From an uncultured Bacilli bacterium (GTDB taxonomy: Bacteria > Bacillota_I > Bacilli_A > RF39 > UBA660): 64,000 bases of DNA. A program made the position numbers and the translations under genes. The DNA is taken from NCBI GenBank assembly GCA_934086935.1, contig CAKOIQ010000001.1, forward strand, positions 8,330 to 72,329, read 5' to 3'. Positions 10,415 through 18,643 of the stretch are shown piece by piece. The notes under the pieces are model-generated. The model was not told where the DNA came from, did no database searches, and saw only the letters and a list, made by a program, of their open reading frames with translations. How positions within the stretch are numbered: position 1 is the stretch's first letter; each line of letters begins with the position of its first letter.

Positions 10415-10457
10415 TTGACAAAAAATTATTGCACTTATTTGGTTATTATGTTATATT
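10415..10457 (+). promoter_or_regulatory. Candidate promoter region for the tRNA pair
   Basis: TTGCAC (10429-10434), a 17-nt spacer and TATATT (10452-10457) lie about 14 nt upstream of the tRNA 5' end. An additional TTGACA sits at 10415-10420. Confidence 0.35.
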
Positions 10458-10470
10458 TAAGAAGTCATGT

Positions 10471-10547
10471 GGATCTTTAGCTCAGTTGGTTAGAGCTCCC
10501 GGCTCATAACCGGTTGGTCGTAGGTTCGAGTCCTACAAGATCCACCA
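10471..10547 (+). tRNA. tRNA with CAU anticodon (Met, or Ile2 read via lysidine)
   Basis: The cloverleaf folds by hand: acceptor GGATCTT/AAGATCC, D-arm GCTCAGTTGGTTAGAGC, anticodon loop CTCATAA, T-arm GTAGGTTCGAGTCCTAC, A73 and an encoded CCA. The D-arm and variable loop resemble tRNA-Ile2-type sequences, but Met is not excluded. Confidence 0.9.
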
Positions 10548-10555
10548 TTTTTTTT

Positions 10556-10640
10556 GCAGGTATGGCGGAATTGGCAGACGCGCTAGACTTAGGATCTAGT
10601 GAAGCAATTCGTGCAGGTTCAAGTCCTGTTACCTGCACCA
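10556..10640 (+). tRNA. tRNA-Leu (UAG anticodon), class II with long variable arm
   Basis: Acceptor GCAGGTA/TACCTGC, anticodon loop CTTAGGA, a long variable arm, T-arm GCAGGTTCAAGTCCTGT and an encoded CCA. Confidence 0.9.
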
Positions 10641-10650
10641 TCTGATAATC

Positions 10651-10674
10651 AACTTGCTTAGGCAAGTTTTTTTA
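10651..10674 (+). terminator. Rho-independent terminator after the tRNA pair
   Basis: AACTTGC-ttag-GCAAGTT stem-loop followed by TTTTTTT. Confidence 0.7.
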
Positions 10675-10830
10675 TTAATAAAAATGATGTTTTATGATAT
10701 TATGTATGTAGCAATTAATTTTGCATAAATTAAAAAAGGAACATTCAATTTTTGCTATGTTGAGTGTAGCCTTTTTATATGCTTCCACCTAACTCAGCAA
10801 TGATTTAGGTGGATTTCTTTTATATTAATA

Positions 10831-10902
10831 CTATAAATAGTAATAATAATAAAAGGATGATAATAATTGAAAGAAAAAAATTAAAAAATCTTTTTTACTC
10901 AT
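10831..10902 (-). CDS. Candidate small ORF (23 aa, MSKKDFLIFFFQLLSSFYYYYYL)
   Basis: Found by manual translation; it is below the track's size cutoff. AAGGGAG lies 8 nt upstream of the ATG. The peptide is hydrophobic and aromatic and sits in an otherwise unannotated 390-bp gap. Confidence 0.2.
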   Translation of the reverse strand: MSKKDFLIFFFQLLSSFYYYYYL

Positions 10903-11033
10903 ATTATCGTCTCCCTTCTTTATATGAAGTTTGGCTCCACCCAACTATTAAATGTTCCAGTTTACAACATACCAAACATTTGTATTGTGTATAATGTTTT
11001 TTAAATAAAAAATAGTAATGAGTTTATTCATTA

Positions 11034-11453
11034 CTATTTATTTTGTAACATATTTAATAGATCAATTTTAAACATATCTTTTTCAGCGTTAGCCTTACTA
11101 ATCATAACACCTTTATATGTAGTTAATTCAGCCATATGACCTTCTAATAAAATATCTGAAGGTGTAATTGTATCTAGCATAACGACATTTTCTTTTTTAT
11201 AAACAATATAATGTAATTTAATATCACCATGAACTTGACTAAACATATGGTCACTTGGTAATTTTAATTCATAAGTTTCTGTATTGTCCTTTTTATTTTT
11301 AGAAATAAGTTCTCCTAAAAATTTACCATTTCTTAACGATGGATAATATTCAAAGTTTAATTTCTTAAAAGCAAGCATGTTATATTTTTTTAATGCTCTT
11401 TCTAACTTTTTATATTCATTTTCGTTAATATAATCTAGAATAAATCCTTTCAT
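11034..11453 (-). CDS. Hypothetical protein (139 aa)
   Basis: ORF preceded by a perfect consensus promoter and a GGGGGT Shine-Dalgarno-like element. No family recognised, although the C-terminal half HYIVYKKENVVMLDTITP vaguely resembles a RelE/ParE-like strand pattern. Confidence 0.5.
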   Translation of the reverse strand: MKGFILDYINENEYKKLERALKKYNMLAFKKLNFEYYPSLRNGKFLGELISKNKKDNTETYELKLPSDHMFSQVHGDIKLHYIVYKKENVVMLDTITPSDILLEGHMAELTTYKGVMISKANAEKDMFKIDLLNMLQNK

Positions 11454-11486
11454 AATTATAACCCCCTAAACCCTTAATGTGACTAC

Positions 11487-11515
11487 ATTATAGCATAATT
11501 AAGAGTTTTTGTCAA
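11487..11515 (-). promoter_or_regulatory. Consensus sigma-A-type promoter for the 139-aa gene
   Basis: The minus strand reads TTGACA, a 17-nt spacer and TATAAT. This matches the textbook consensus at both hexamers and in spacing. Confidence 0.6.
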
Positions 11516-11577
11516 ATTTGTGTATACTTATACTTTAGATGTGGATTTTAATTTTAACAAATTATAGATTTTCAGTC

Positions 11578-11606
11578 AATAAAAAAATACTAATTTTAGT
11601 ATTTTT
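11578..11606 (-). terminator. Rho-independent terminator of the Flp-like pilin gene
   Basis: ATACTAA-aa-TTAGTAT stem with A/T extensions lies immediately after the TAA stop and is followed by a T-run on the minus strand. Confidence 0.6.
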
Positions 11607-11831
11607 TTATTCAAATAGTGATTTATTATTTTTACTCATTTCACACTTGCCTTCGCCAGGTTTAGATCCTGGAACATATTCTTGGCCGACAATTGGACAT
11701 GATGTTTTGGTTATGGCATCTTTTAAGTAACCGCCAAAATAATTTACTAATGCGATTATTAGAACAGTAACAACTCCAATGATTACAACATACTCTACTA
11801 GCGCTTGTCCTTTTTGATTTATTTTTTTCAT
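11607..11831 (-). CDS. Flp/Fap-type (type IVb, Tad-class) prepilin-like protein, 74 aa
   Basis: I moved the start to the ATG at 11829-11831 (MKKINQKGQALVEYVVIIGVVTVLIIALV), which has GGTGAGG 6 nt upstream. The G-x4-E-Y motif followed by a hydrophobic stretch is the Flp prepilin signature. The C-terminal tail contains two Cys. Confidence 0.7.
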   Translation of the reverse strand: MKKINQKGQALVEYVVIIGVVTVLIIALVNYFGGYLKDAITKTSCPIVGQEYVPGSKPGEGKCEMSKNNKSLFE

Positions 11832-11850
11832 TAGTGCCTCACCTATTATA

Positions 11851-11879
11851 ATTATCATATTTTTTTGTTAATTTGTCAA
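11851..11879 (-). promoter_or_regulatory. Promoter of the Flp-like pilin gene
   Basis: The minus strand reads TTGACA, a 17-nt spacer and GATAAT, followed by the GGTGAGG SD. Confidence 0.5.
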
Positions 11880-11908
11880 TTATATTATATAATTATAGTG
11901 GTGAGTAA

Positions 11909-12196
11909 ATGTTAAGGATTGTTGAAGCTAAAACGTTTAAAGATAAACTTATTGGTTTTATGGGGAAAGAACATATTGATTATGGTTTATTTTTTAGGAA
12001 TGTTAACTCTATTCATACTTTTTTTATGAAGGAGTCGATAGATATTGTTGGTTTAGATAAGAATATGATTGTTAAAGAAGTTTATTTTAATGTTTCTCCT
12101 AATAAAATTATTTTCTTGAGGAAATCTAAGCATACGTTAGAATTACCTAAATTTGGGGCTAAAAACTATAAAATTGGGGATGTTTTAAAGATATAA
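11909..12196 (+). CDS. DUF192 domain protein
   Basis: 95 aa. A-K-T-F-x-D-K-L-I-G-F-M-G...G-L-F-F...H-T-F-F-M-K-x-x-I-D-I-V-G-L-D matches the DUF192 pattern (A-x-T-x-x-x-R-x-x-GLMgr...GmlF...fwMknt-x-x-pLDi-x-F-x-d). Confidence 0.65.
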   Translation: MLRIVEAKTFKDKLIGFMGKEHIDYGLFFRNVNSIHTFFMKESIDIVGLDKNMIVKEVYFNVSPNKIIFLRKSKHTLELPKFGAKNYKIGDVLKI

Positions 12197-12267
12197 GAGA
12201 GTTTACTCTTTATTTTTTTAGACTTTTTTGTTAAACTATATACGTTATTGAGAGGGGTGCTTATTTT

Positions 12268-12819
12268 ATGGAATTACCAAATATTAAGATTTTAGATGAA
12301 TCTAATAAGATATTACATAAGAAATCTAGTAACGTTACTTTCCCATTAGATGAAGAAACTAAAAAGTTAATTGATGATTCTTTAACTTATTTAGAGATGA
12401 GTCAAATTGAAGAATATAGTGAAAAGTATGATTTAAGACCAGGTATGGGTTTATCTTTTGTACAAATAGGTATTTTAAAAAGAATATTTGTAGTGTCTGA
12501 AGAGATTGAAGAAGGCAAATTTAATAGATATGTTGTAATTAATCCTCGCGTTAAAAGTATGAGTGAAGAATTAATTTATGTTGGTGAGGGTGAAGGTTGT
12601 TTAAGTGTTAACCGTGAGGTTGAAGGTATTGTGCCTAGACATGCAAGAATAACTGTAGAAGCTTATGATGAAAATGGTGATCTTTATGACATTAGAGTTC
12701 GTGAAGATATGGCAGTAGCTTTTCAACATGAATTAGATCATTTAGATGGTATCTTATTTGTTGATAAAATTGATAAAAAAAATCCTTATAAAAATAAGGA
12801 TCTTATGAGAGAGATTTAG
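12268..12819 (+). CDS. def: Peptide deformylase
   Basis: Motifs GEGCLSV and QHELDHLDG are present. 183 aa. Confidence 0.9.
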   Translation: MELPNIKILDESNKILHKKSSNVTFPLDEETKKLIDDSLTYLEMSQIEEYSEKYDLRPGMGLSFVQIGILKRIFVVSEEIEEGKFNRYVVINPRVKSMSEELIYVGEGEGCLSVNREVEGIVPRHARITVEAYDENGDLYDIRVREDMAVAFQHELDHLDGILFVDKIDKKNPYKNKDLMREI

Positions 12820-12831
12820 TACTCTCTTTTT

Positions 12832-14748
12832 TTATCTTTTAGTTTCAATTTGGTAATCATCTTCTAAGGAGAATTCAACGTTTTCATTAATCCAATCTTT
12901 ACGTGGTTCAACTTCATCTCCCATTAGAACACTTACTCTCTTTTCGGCTAAAACGGCATCAGAGATATCGACTTTAATTAAGTTACGATGTTCAGGGTCC
13001 ATTGTTGTTTCCCATAATGGGGTTGGATTCATTTCACCTAAACCTTTATATCTTTGAACTTTATAATTTGTTTTGTTTTTAGTACAATCTTTTAATTCTT
13101 CATTGGTCCAGCAATATTCATGTTTATTACCATACTCTACTTTATAAAGAGGTGGCATAGCAATATATAAGTGACCATGTTCAATTAAGGGTTTCATGAA
13201 GCGATAGAAAAATGTTAATAGTAAGCATTGAATATGAGCACCATCATCATCGGCATCAGTCATGATTACGACTTTGTCATAATTTATATCTTTAATATCA
13301 AAGTCTGGTCCATACCCTGCTCCAATACAATGAATCATAGTATTTATTTCTTCGTTTTTAAAGATATCTGAAGTTGAAGCTTTTTCAGTATTAATTATTT
13401 TACCTCTTAATGGTAAGATGGCTTGGAATTTACGATTACGAGCTTTTTTAGCAGTTCCTCCGGCTGAATTTCCTTCGACGATGAATAATTCGTTTATTTT
13501 AGGATTTCGAGCTTGTGGAGGGGTTAATTTACCACTTAAATTACGTGCTTCATTCTTTTTACTTTTACCGTTACGAGCTTCTTCTCTAGCTTTTCGGGCA
13601 GCTTCACGAGCTATTTTGCTTTTACTCATTTTATCAATAATTGTAACTGAGATTTCTCTATTTTCTTCTAAGTAGTATTTCAAGCTGTCATAAACTATTG
13701 ATTCAACGACAGGTCTTGCTTCTGGAGTACCTAACTTACCTTTAGTTTGTCCTTCAAATTGTAATAGATTTTCAGGAATTTTTAAGTTTATAACCGCAGT
13801 TAGTCCTTCACGAACATCACTACCTTCAAAGTTAGCATCTTTAGTTTTAAGAAGATTATTATTTCTAGCATAATCATTAAAGGCTTTAGTTATACCAGTT
13901 TTAAATCCAACTTCATGAGTTCCACCATCAATGGTTTTAACATTATTAACAAAAGAAATTATACTTTCATTATAAGAGTCTGTATATTGAAGAGCGATAT
14001 CTACTTCAATATTATTTTTAGTACCATGAATAGGAACTACTTTATGTAAGACTTTTTTATCTTCATTAATGTAATCAACAAATGAGATTAAACCATTTTC
14101 ATAATGATATGAAACTTTTTTATTATCAGGAACGTCTTCTATTTCACAAGTTAATTCTTTAAGTAAGAAAGCACTTTCTTGCATTCTTTCACAGATTGTT
14201 GTGTAACTAAAACTTAGATTTTTAAATATTTCTGCATTTGGTTTAAATGTTACGATTGTTCCGGTTTTATTGGTTGTACCAATTTTCTTTAGAGGAACAT
14301 CTACTTTGCCGCCTTCTTTAAATTTAATTTGATGAATAGCCCCATCTCTTAAGATTGTTACTTCCATCCAATCACTTAAGGCGTTAACTACTGAGGCGCC
14401 TACTCCGTGTAGTCCACCTGATACTTTATAACCATTAGTTTCAAATTTACCACCAGCATGAAGTATCGTATAAATTACTTCGGGAGTACTTTTACCACTT
14501 TTATGCATTCCGGTTGGAACACCACGTCCATTATCGGCGATAGTTATACTTCCATCTTTATTTATTCTTACAGTTATTTTATTACCATAACCATTTATTA
14601 TTTCATCTACTGAGTTATCAATTATTTCCCATACTAGATGATGTAAGCCTCTTTTATCAGTACTACCAATGTACATACCAGGTCTTTTTCTTACGGCTTC
14701 TAATCCTTCTAATATTGTAATTGAACTTTCATCGTATTTTACCATCAA
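12832..14748 (-). CDS. parE: Type IIA topoisomerase B subunit, ParE-like (topoisomerase IV subunit B)
   Basis: GHKL ATPase N-terminus (LEGLEAVRKRPGMYIGST) and a Toprim domain (IVEGNSAGG, IMTDADDDGAHI). SGKLTPPQARNPKINELFIVEG and YIAMPPLYK resemble ParE more than GyrB (LPGKLADC). No parC or gyrA is adjacent. Confidence 0.75.
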   Translation of the reverse strand: MMVKYDESSITILEGLEAVRKRPGMYIGSTDKRGLHHLVWEIIDNSVDEIINGYGNKITVRINKDGSITIADNGRGVPTGMHKSGKSTPEVIYTILHAGGKFETNGYKVSGGLHGVGASVVNALSDWMEVTILRDGAIHQIKFKEGGKVDVPLKKIGTTNKTGTIVTFKPNAEIFKNLSFSYTTICERMQESAFLLKELTCEIEDVPDNKKVSYHYENGLISFVDYINEDKKVLHKVVPIHGTKNNIEVDIALQYTDSYNESIISFVNNVKTIDGGTHEVGFKTGITKAFNDYARNNNLLKTKDANFEGSDVREGLTAVINLKIPENLLQFEGQTKGKLGTPEARPVVESIVYDSLKYYLEENREISVTIIDKMSKSKIAREAARKAREEARNGKSKKNEARNLSGKLTPPQARNPKINELFIVEGNSAGGTAKKARNRKFQAILPLRGKIINTEKASTSDIFKNEEINTMIHCIGAGYGPDFDIKDINYDKVVIMTDADDDGAHIQCLLLTFFYRFMKPLIEHGHLYIAMPPLYKVEYGNKHEYCWTNEELKDCTKNKTNYKVQRYKGLGEMNPTPLWETTMDPEHRNLIKVDISDAVLAEKRVSVLMGDEVEPRKDWINENVEFSLEDDYQIETKR

Positions 14749-14793
14749 GTATCACCTTTGTTAAGTATATCAAAAGTATAAAAAAAAGACAAA

Positions 14794-15696
14794 TTATATT
14801 GTCTTATTTGTGTCAATTTCTTCGGTATTATGGGCTTCTTTAACGGCTGGAAGCTCAATATCATCATTAATACCAGCACTGTTCATAATGTTTATTAAAC
14901 CTGTATCTGATGCTTCTAAAGGAATTTCTAAATCATTAGGTGTTTCTTCTTTTATCTCTTCTTTTGGCTCTTCAACTGGTTTTAATTTTTTTAATTTAGC
15001 TAAACGCATTTTAATTTCATCATTGGAAATGTGAACACTTTGGGTTTCAGTTGGTTTTTCTTCATTATTTTCTGTAACTGGATTATCTACAATTTCAGGT
15101 GTTTCTTCCTTAATCTCTTCTTTTGGTTCTTCTTTAACTTCAGTTGTTGTTGTAACTTCTGGTTGTTCAGTAACTGGAGTATTTAATTCTTCTTCTGTTA
15201 CGGTTTCAATAGCAAGTTCTGGACTAACAACTGGTAATTCTTCAGTAATAATTGTTTTATCTTCTTGAGATTCTAGATAAACTGAATCATTTGTTTCTTC
15301 TTTATTTAATTCATTTTCTTCAGGGACACTTAAAGGTAATTCTTCATTTTGAATTGGACTTGGTGTTAAATCTTCGTTATTATTATGATTTTCAGTATCC
15401 ATTAAAACTTTATTAAAGATTTGAGTCTCTGAGAAATATTCTGGTTCTTCTTCTTTTATTTCTTGTTTGATTTCTTCTTTTGGTTCTTCTTTTTCTTCTG
15501 TTGTAGTTGTAACTTCTGGTTTATTATTAATTTCTTCTGTTTTTTTATCTTCTTTTTTGGCTTTAATTATTGTAATTATAATTAATACAACAAAGATTAA
15601 AGCTATTACTCCTAATACTATATAAAAATATAACATTCCATGTTCTGAACTATAAATTGAGTCTAAAATATTTTTTAACTTTTCCATTTTTGTCAT
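14794..15696 (-). CDS. Membrane-anchored acidic E/K/T/P-rich repeat protein (300 aa)
   Basis: N-terminal TM helix (YFYIVLGVIALIFVVLIIITII). The remainder is low-complexity with repeated PEVTTTTE(E/V)KEEPKEEIK(Q/E)E blocks. Confidence 0.5.
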   Translation of the reverse strand: MTKMEKLKNILDSIYSSEHGMLYFYIVLGVIALIFVVLIIITIIKAKKEDKKTEEINNKPEVTTTTEEKEEPKEEIKQEIKEEEPEYFSETQIFNKVLMDTENHNNNEDLTPSPIQNEELPLSVPEENELNKEETNDSVYLESQEDKTIITEELPVVSPELAIETVTEEELNTPVTEQPEVTTTTEVKEEPKEEIKEETPEIVDNPVTENNEEKPTETQSVHISNDEIKMRLAKLKKLKPVEEPKEEIKEETPNDLEIPLEASDTGLINIMNSAGINDDIELPAVKEAHNTEEIDTNKTI

Positions 15697-15765
15697 CCCT
15701 TTATTCTATAATTAGTTTAGCAAAAGATAAATAAAAAAGCAATAGAATAATTTACTTCTATTACT

Positions 15766-16971
15766 TTATCTACTATACCAGTAAACATTTTTATTTGGTA
15801 ATTTTAAGGTTTTTTGAGGATCAAATGTTTTTGCTAGGAAAGTACTATATGATGAATATGTTCTTCCATACCATCCATCAGCTAAAGTGAAATGCAAATG
15901 TGCTCCGGTAGAACAACTTTCCCAAGATTTAGTTTTAGTTCCACCACCAACACGACCTATTATGGTATTACTTGTAACGGTATCTCCAACCTTAACATTA
16001 ATTGATAATAAATGTAAGTAAGCAGATGTATATTTTTTACCATTAATTGTGTGATAAATATAAACTTGGCGGCCGCCACATATCCTTTTATAGGTTTTAT
16101 CGATAATCATACCGACTTGACCATTTGCAGTGGCATAGACACTAGTTCCTTCTCTATTTCCACCAATATCTACTCCGCTATGGAATTTTTTATAATTATA
16201 AATTGGATGAAAACGATAACCATAATAACTAGTAATTGTTCCTTTAGTTAATGGTTTTCTAAATCTAGTATCACCTTTAACACTAACACATTTATCTAGA
16301 TTTTCATTTTCCTTACAACCTAAACTTTCATAATATTTAATTAAATCAGCAACTCCATCAATTTGTTCTTGAATATCCATTGATATTTCAGTTATTTCAT
16401 CTAATTGATTACCTAATGAATCTAGTTGTTTTTCTAAATTAGCTATACTATTATTTAATTTAACTTCTTTATCTGCTAAATCTTTTTGTAATTCTTCATT
16501 ATATTTAACTTTAGATTCCCAATCTTCGATTTGACCATTATTATAATTTAAAATTTGTTTAACTAGTGAATATCTGTATACTAAATCTGCATAGCTTTCG
16601 GCATTAAAAACATAATCTAAGTAAATATTTTCCCCTTCCATTACTTGATATGAATTCATTAATTTTTTGATGCTTCCTTTAGTCGCATTAATATCATTAG
16701 TTAAGGTTTCTATTTCTTTTTTTGATGCTTCAATCTGTTTTTTTCCTGTTTCAATTGCTTGTTGAGAGGAAAATATGTTACTTTTAGCATTATTTATTTG
16801 ACTTTTAGTTTGGCTTTTAGCGTTGTCTTGAGTTTTCTTTTTATTTTTTAAAGCGGTTAGTTCTTTTCTTAATTCAGCTAATGTATTAGCATCACTTGCT
16901 TTAACTGTTGGCATTATAAATAACATTAAAGCAAAGGTAAATATTAAATATTTAGTTATTTGTTTTCTCAT
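15766..16971 (-). CDS. Coiled-coil M23 peptidase (EnvC/PcsB-like partner of FtsEX), catalytic motifs intact
   Basis: Signal peptide, a long coiled-coil N-terminal half and a C-terminal M23 domain with HSGVD (H-x3-D) and AHLHF (H-x-H). There is a 4-nt ATGA overlap with ftsX. Confidence 0.8.
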   Translation of the reverse strand: MRKQITKYLIFTFALMLFIMPTVKASDANTLAELRKELTALKNKKKTQDNAKSQTKSQINNAKSNIFSSQQAIETGKKQIEASKKEIETLTNDINATKGSIKKLMNSYQVMEGENIYLDYVFNAESYADLVYRYSLVKQILNYNNGQIEDWESKVKYNEELQKDLADKEVKLNNSIANLEKQLDSLGNQLDEITEISMDIQEQIDGVADLIKYYESLGCKENENLDKCVSVKGDTRFRKPLTKGTITSYYGYRFHPIYNYKKFHSGVDIGGNREGTSVYATANGQVGMIIDKTYKRICGGRQVYIYHTINGKKYTSAYLHLLSINVKVGDTVTSNTIIGRVGGGTKTKSWESCSTGAHLHFTLADGWYGRTYSSYSTFLAKTFDPQKTLKLPNKNVYWYSR

Positions 16972-17876
16972 ATTGTTAAGTACTTTCTAACGGCTCTAAC
17001 GCTACCAAACATACCGACAACAGAACCAATAATAAAGATTAATAATGATGTTATATAAACGACATCGTTAGGATTAACTAATTTTATAGCACTCATAATA
17101 TTTGATAAACCAGCAACATCTAAAGCATTATACGCGAATGTGTAACCAAAGATAGTTACTAAGATTGGAATTATTGAACCTAACATTCCAATTAGGAAAC
17201 CTTCAATTAAGAATGGTAATTTAATTACAGTATTACTTGTTCCAACTAAACGCATTATATCAATTTCCTTTTTACGACTAAAAATAGTTATCTTAATAGT
17301 GTTGTTAATTAAAAATATAGTAACTAAGATAAGTCCAACTACTAAAATAATGGTTCCATTTTTAACATAATCAAATATTTTAATTAGTTCATTTACCATT
17401 GATTCACCATATTTAACAATGTCTACCTTATCAATATTTTTGATAGTTGTTACGGTTTCATTTATGTCTTTAATATCTTTAACTTCTATAATATAAGAAT
17501 CTTGTAAGGGGTTTTCATTTTCATCCCAAGTTGCAATTATTTTAGCGAATGTTTCATTTTCATTAGCCATTTGATTTTTTATATCTTCTTTAGATTTATA
17601 TGTTACTTTTTTAATATTATCAGTTTTATCTAATAATTCTTTTGTTTGTTTTAGTTCATCTTGAGTAATATCTTTATCCATGAATACTACAATTGTTAAT
17701 TCTTGTTCAATTTCTTTGGTTATATTATTGACATTATAAGATATTAAGAAACCGATTGATACTAATATTAAAGTTATGATTGTACAGGTTATTGAAGCGA
17801 TACTTAAACTAAAGTTACGAGCAATACTTTTACATGCATTAATAAAGCTTCGACCAATAATTCTAAATATTCTCAT
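16968..17876 (-). CDS. ftsX: Cell-division ABC transporter permease-like protein FtsX
   Basis: TM1, an extracellular domain and three C-terminal TM helices. It overlaps ftsE by 14 nt. Confidence 0.85.
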   Translation of the reverse strand: MRIFRIIGRSFINACKSIARNFSLSIASITCTIITLILVSIGFLISYNVNNITKEIEQELTIVVFMDKDITQDELKQTKELLDKTDNIKKVTYKSKEDIKNQMANENETFAKIIATWDENENPLQDSYIIEVKDIKDINETVTTIKNIDKVDIVKYGESMVNELIKIFDYVKNGTIILVVGLILVTIFLINNTIKITIFSRKKEIDIMRLVGTSNTVIKLPFLIEGFLIGMLGSIIPILVTIFGYTFAYNALDVAGLSNIMSAIKLVNPNDVVYITSLLIFIIGSVVGMFGSVRAVRKYLTI

Positions 17877-18564
17877 TTACTTTATAACTTCCTTTCAAAT
17901 AATCTCCTTCTATTAAACCATCTTTAACGACTACTACTCTTTTCTTCATTCGATTTACAATATCTCTATCATGGGTAGCCATTACAACAGTTGTTCCGAG
18001 TTCTTTATTAATCTTATTAATAACGTCCATTATTTCTTTTGAGGTATCGGGATCTAGATTACCGGTTGGTTCATCGCAAAGAAGTAATTTTGGTTTATTA
18101 ACGATAGCTCTAGCGATACAAACTCTTTGTTGTTCTCCACCTGATAATTCATATGGGAAACTTCTTACTTTATGTGATAAACCTACTTGTTCTAAAGCGG
18201 CTAAAACAAGGGGTCTTATTTCACCAGAACTTAAACCATAGCTTTCTAAAGGATAAGCAACATTCTCGTAAACAGTTAATTTAGGTAATAGTTTATAGTC
18301 TTGAAAAACAATTCCGATTTTTCTTCTTAATTTATATATTTTACTATTTCTTAATTTAGCAACGTTTATACCACCAACTGTAACACTACCTTTGGTTGGT
18401 TTTTCTTCACGATATAATAGTTTTATTAAGGTACTTTTACCACTTGCTGTGTGTCCAATTATAAAAACAAAATCACCTTTTTTAATTTTTAGGTTAACTC
18501 CTGCTAAGCCTGTTACACCATTTTTATATACTTTATATACGTCTTTTAATTCAATAAATTCCAT
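17863..18564 (-). CDS. ftsE: Cell-division ATP-binding protein FtsE
   Basis: Walker A GHTASGKST, signature LSGGEQQR and Walker B LLLCDEPT. I chose the start at the ATG (MEFIELKDV), which has AAGGTGG 8 nt upstream, rather than the track's upstream GTG. Confidence 0.9.
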   Translation of the reverse strand: MEFIELKDVYKVYKNGVTGLAGVNLKIKKGDFVFIIGHTASGKSTLIKLLYREEKPTKGSVTVGGINVAKLRNSKIYKLRRKIGIVFQDYKLLPKLTVYENVAYPLESYGLSSGEIRPLVLAALEQVGLSHKVRSFPYELSGGEQQRVCIARAIVNKPKLLLCDEPTGNLDPDTSKEIMDVINKINKELGTTVVMATHDRDIVNRMKKRVVVVKDGLIEGDYLKGSYKVNENI

Positions 18565-18597
18565 ATGATATACCACCTTATATGTAGATTATAACAT

Positions 18598-18636
18598 AAA
18601 AAATCCACTTAATTATTGGTAATAAGTGGATTTTAC
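18598..18636 (-). terminator. Terminator closing the rmuC / dual-HEPN transcription unit
   Basis: An 11-bp stem AAATCCACTTA/TAAGTGGATTT with an 11-nt loop, followed by a T-run on the minus strand. It lies between the 535-aa gene and ftsE. Confidence 0.55.
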
Positions 18637-18643
18637 ATTAAAT

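Noticed and set aside
10471-10640. The tRNA pair as an integration hotspot marking a genomic island
   Set aside because: No integrase, no partial tRNA duplication and no foreign-looking genes are adjacent. The neighbours are a deacetylase gene and small genes with native-looking composition.
10809-10994. 61-aa plus-strand ORF (GTG start) in the gap after the tRNAs
   Set aside because: It starts inside a hairpin, has no SD, and translates to an N/I/K-rich low-complexity sequence. The opposite-strand mini-ORF with an SD is the more plausible coding feature, although that too is weak.
11539-11730. 63-aa plus-strand ORF
   Set aside because: It runs through the Flp gene terminator and antisense into the Flp coding sequence, which has much better support (promoter, SD, G-x4-EY motif).
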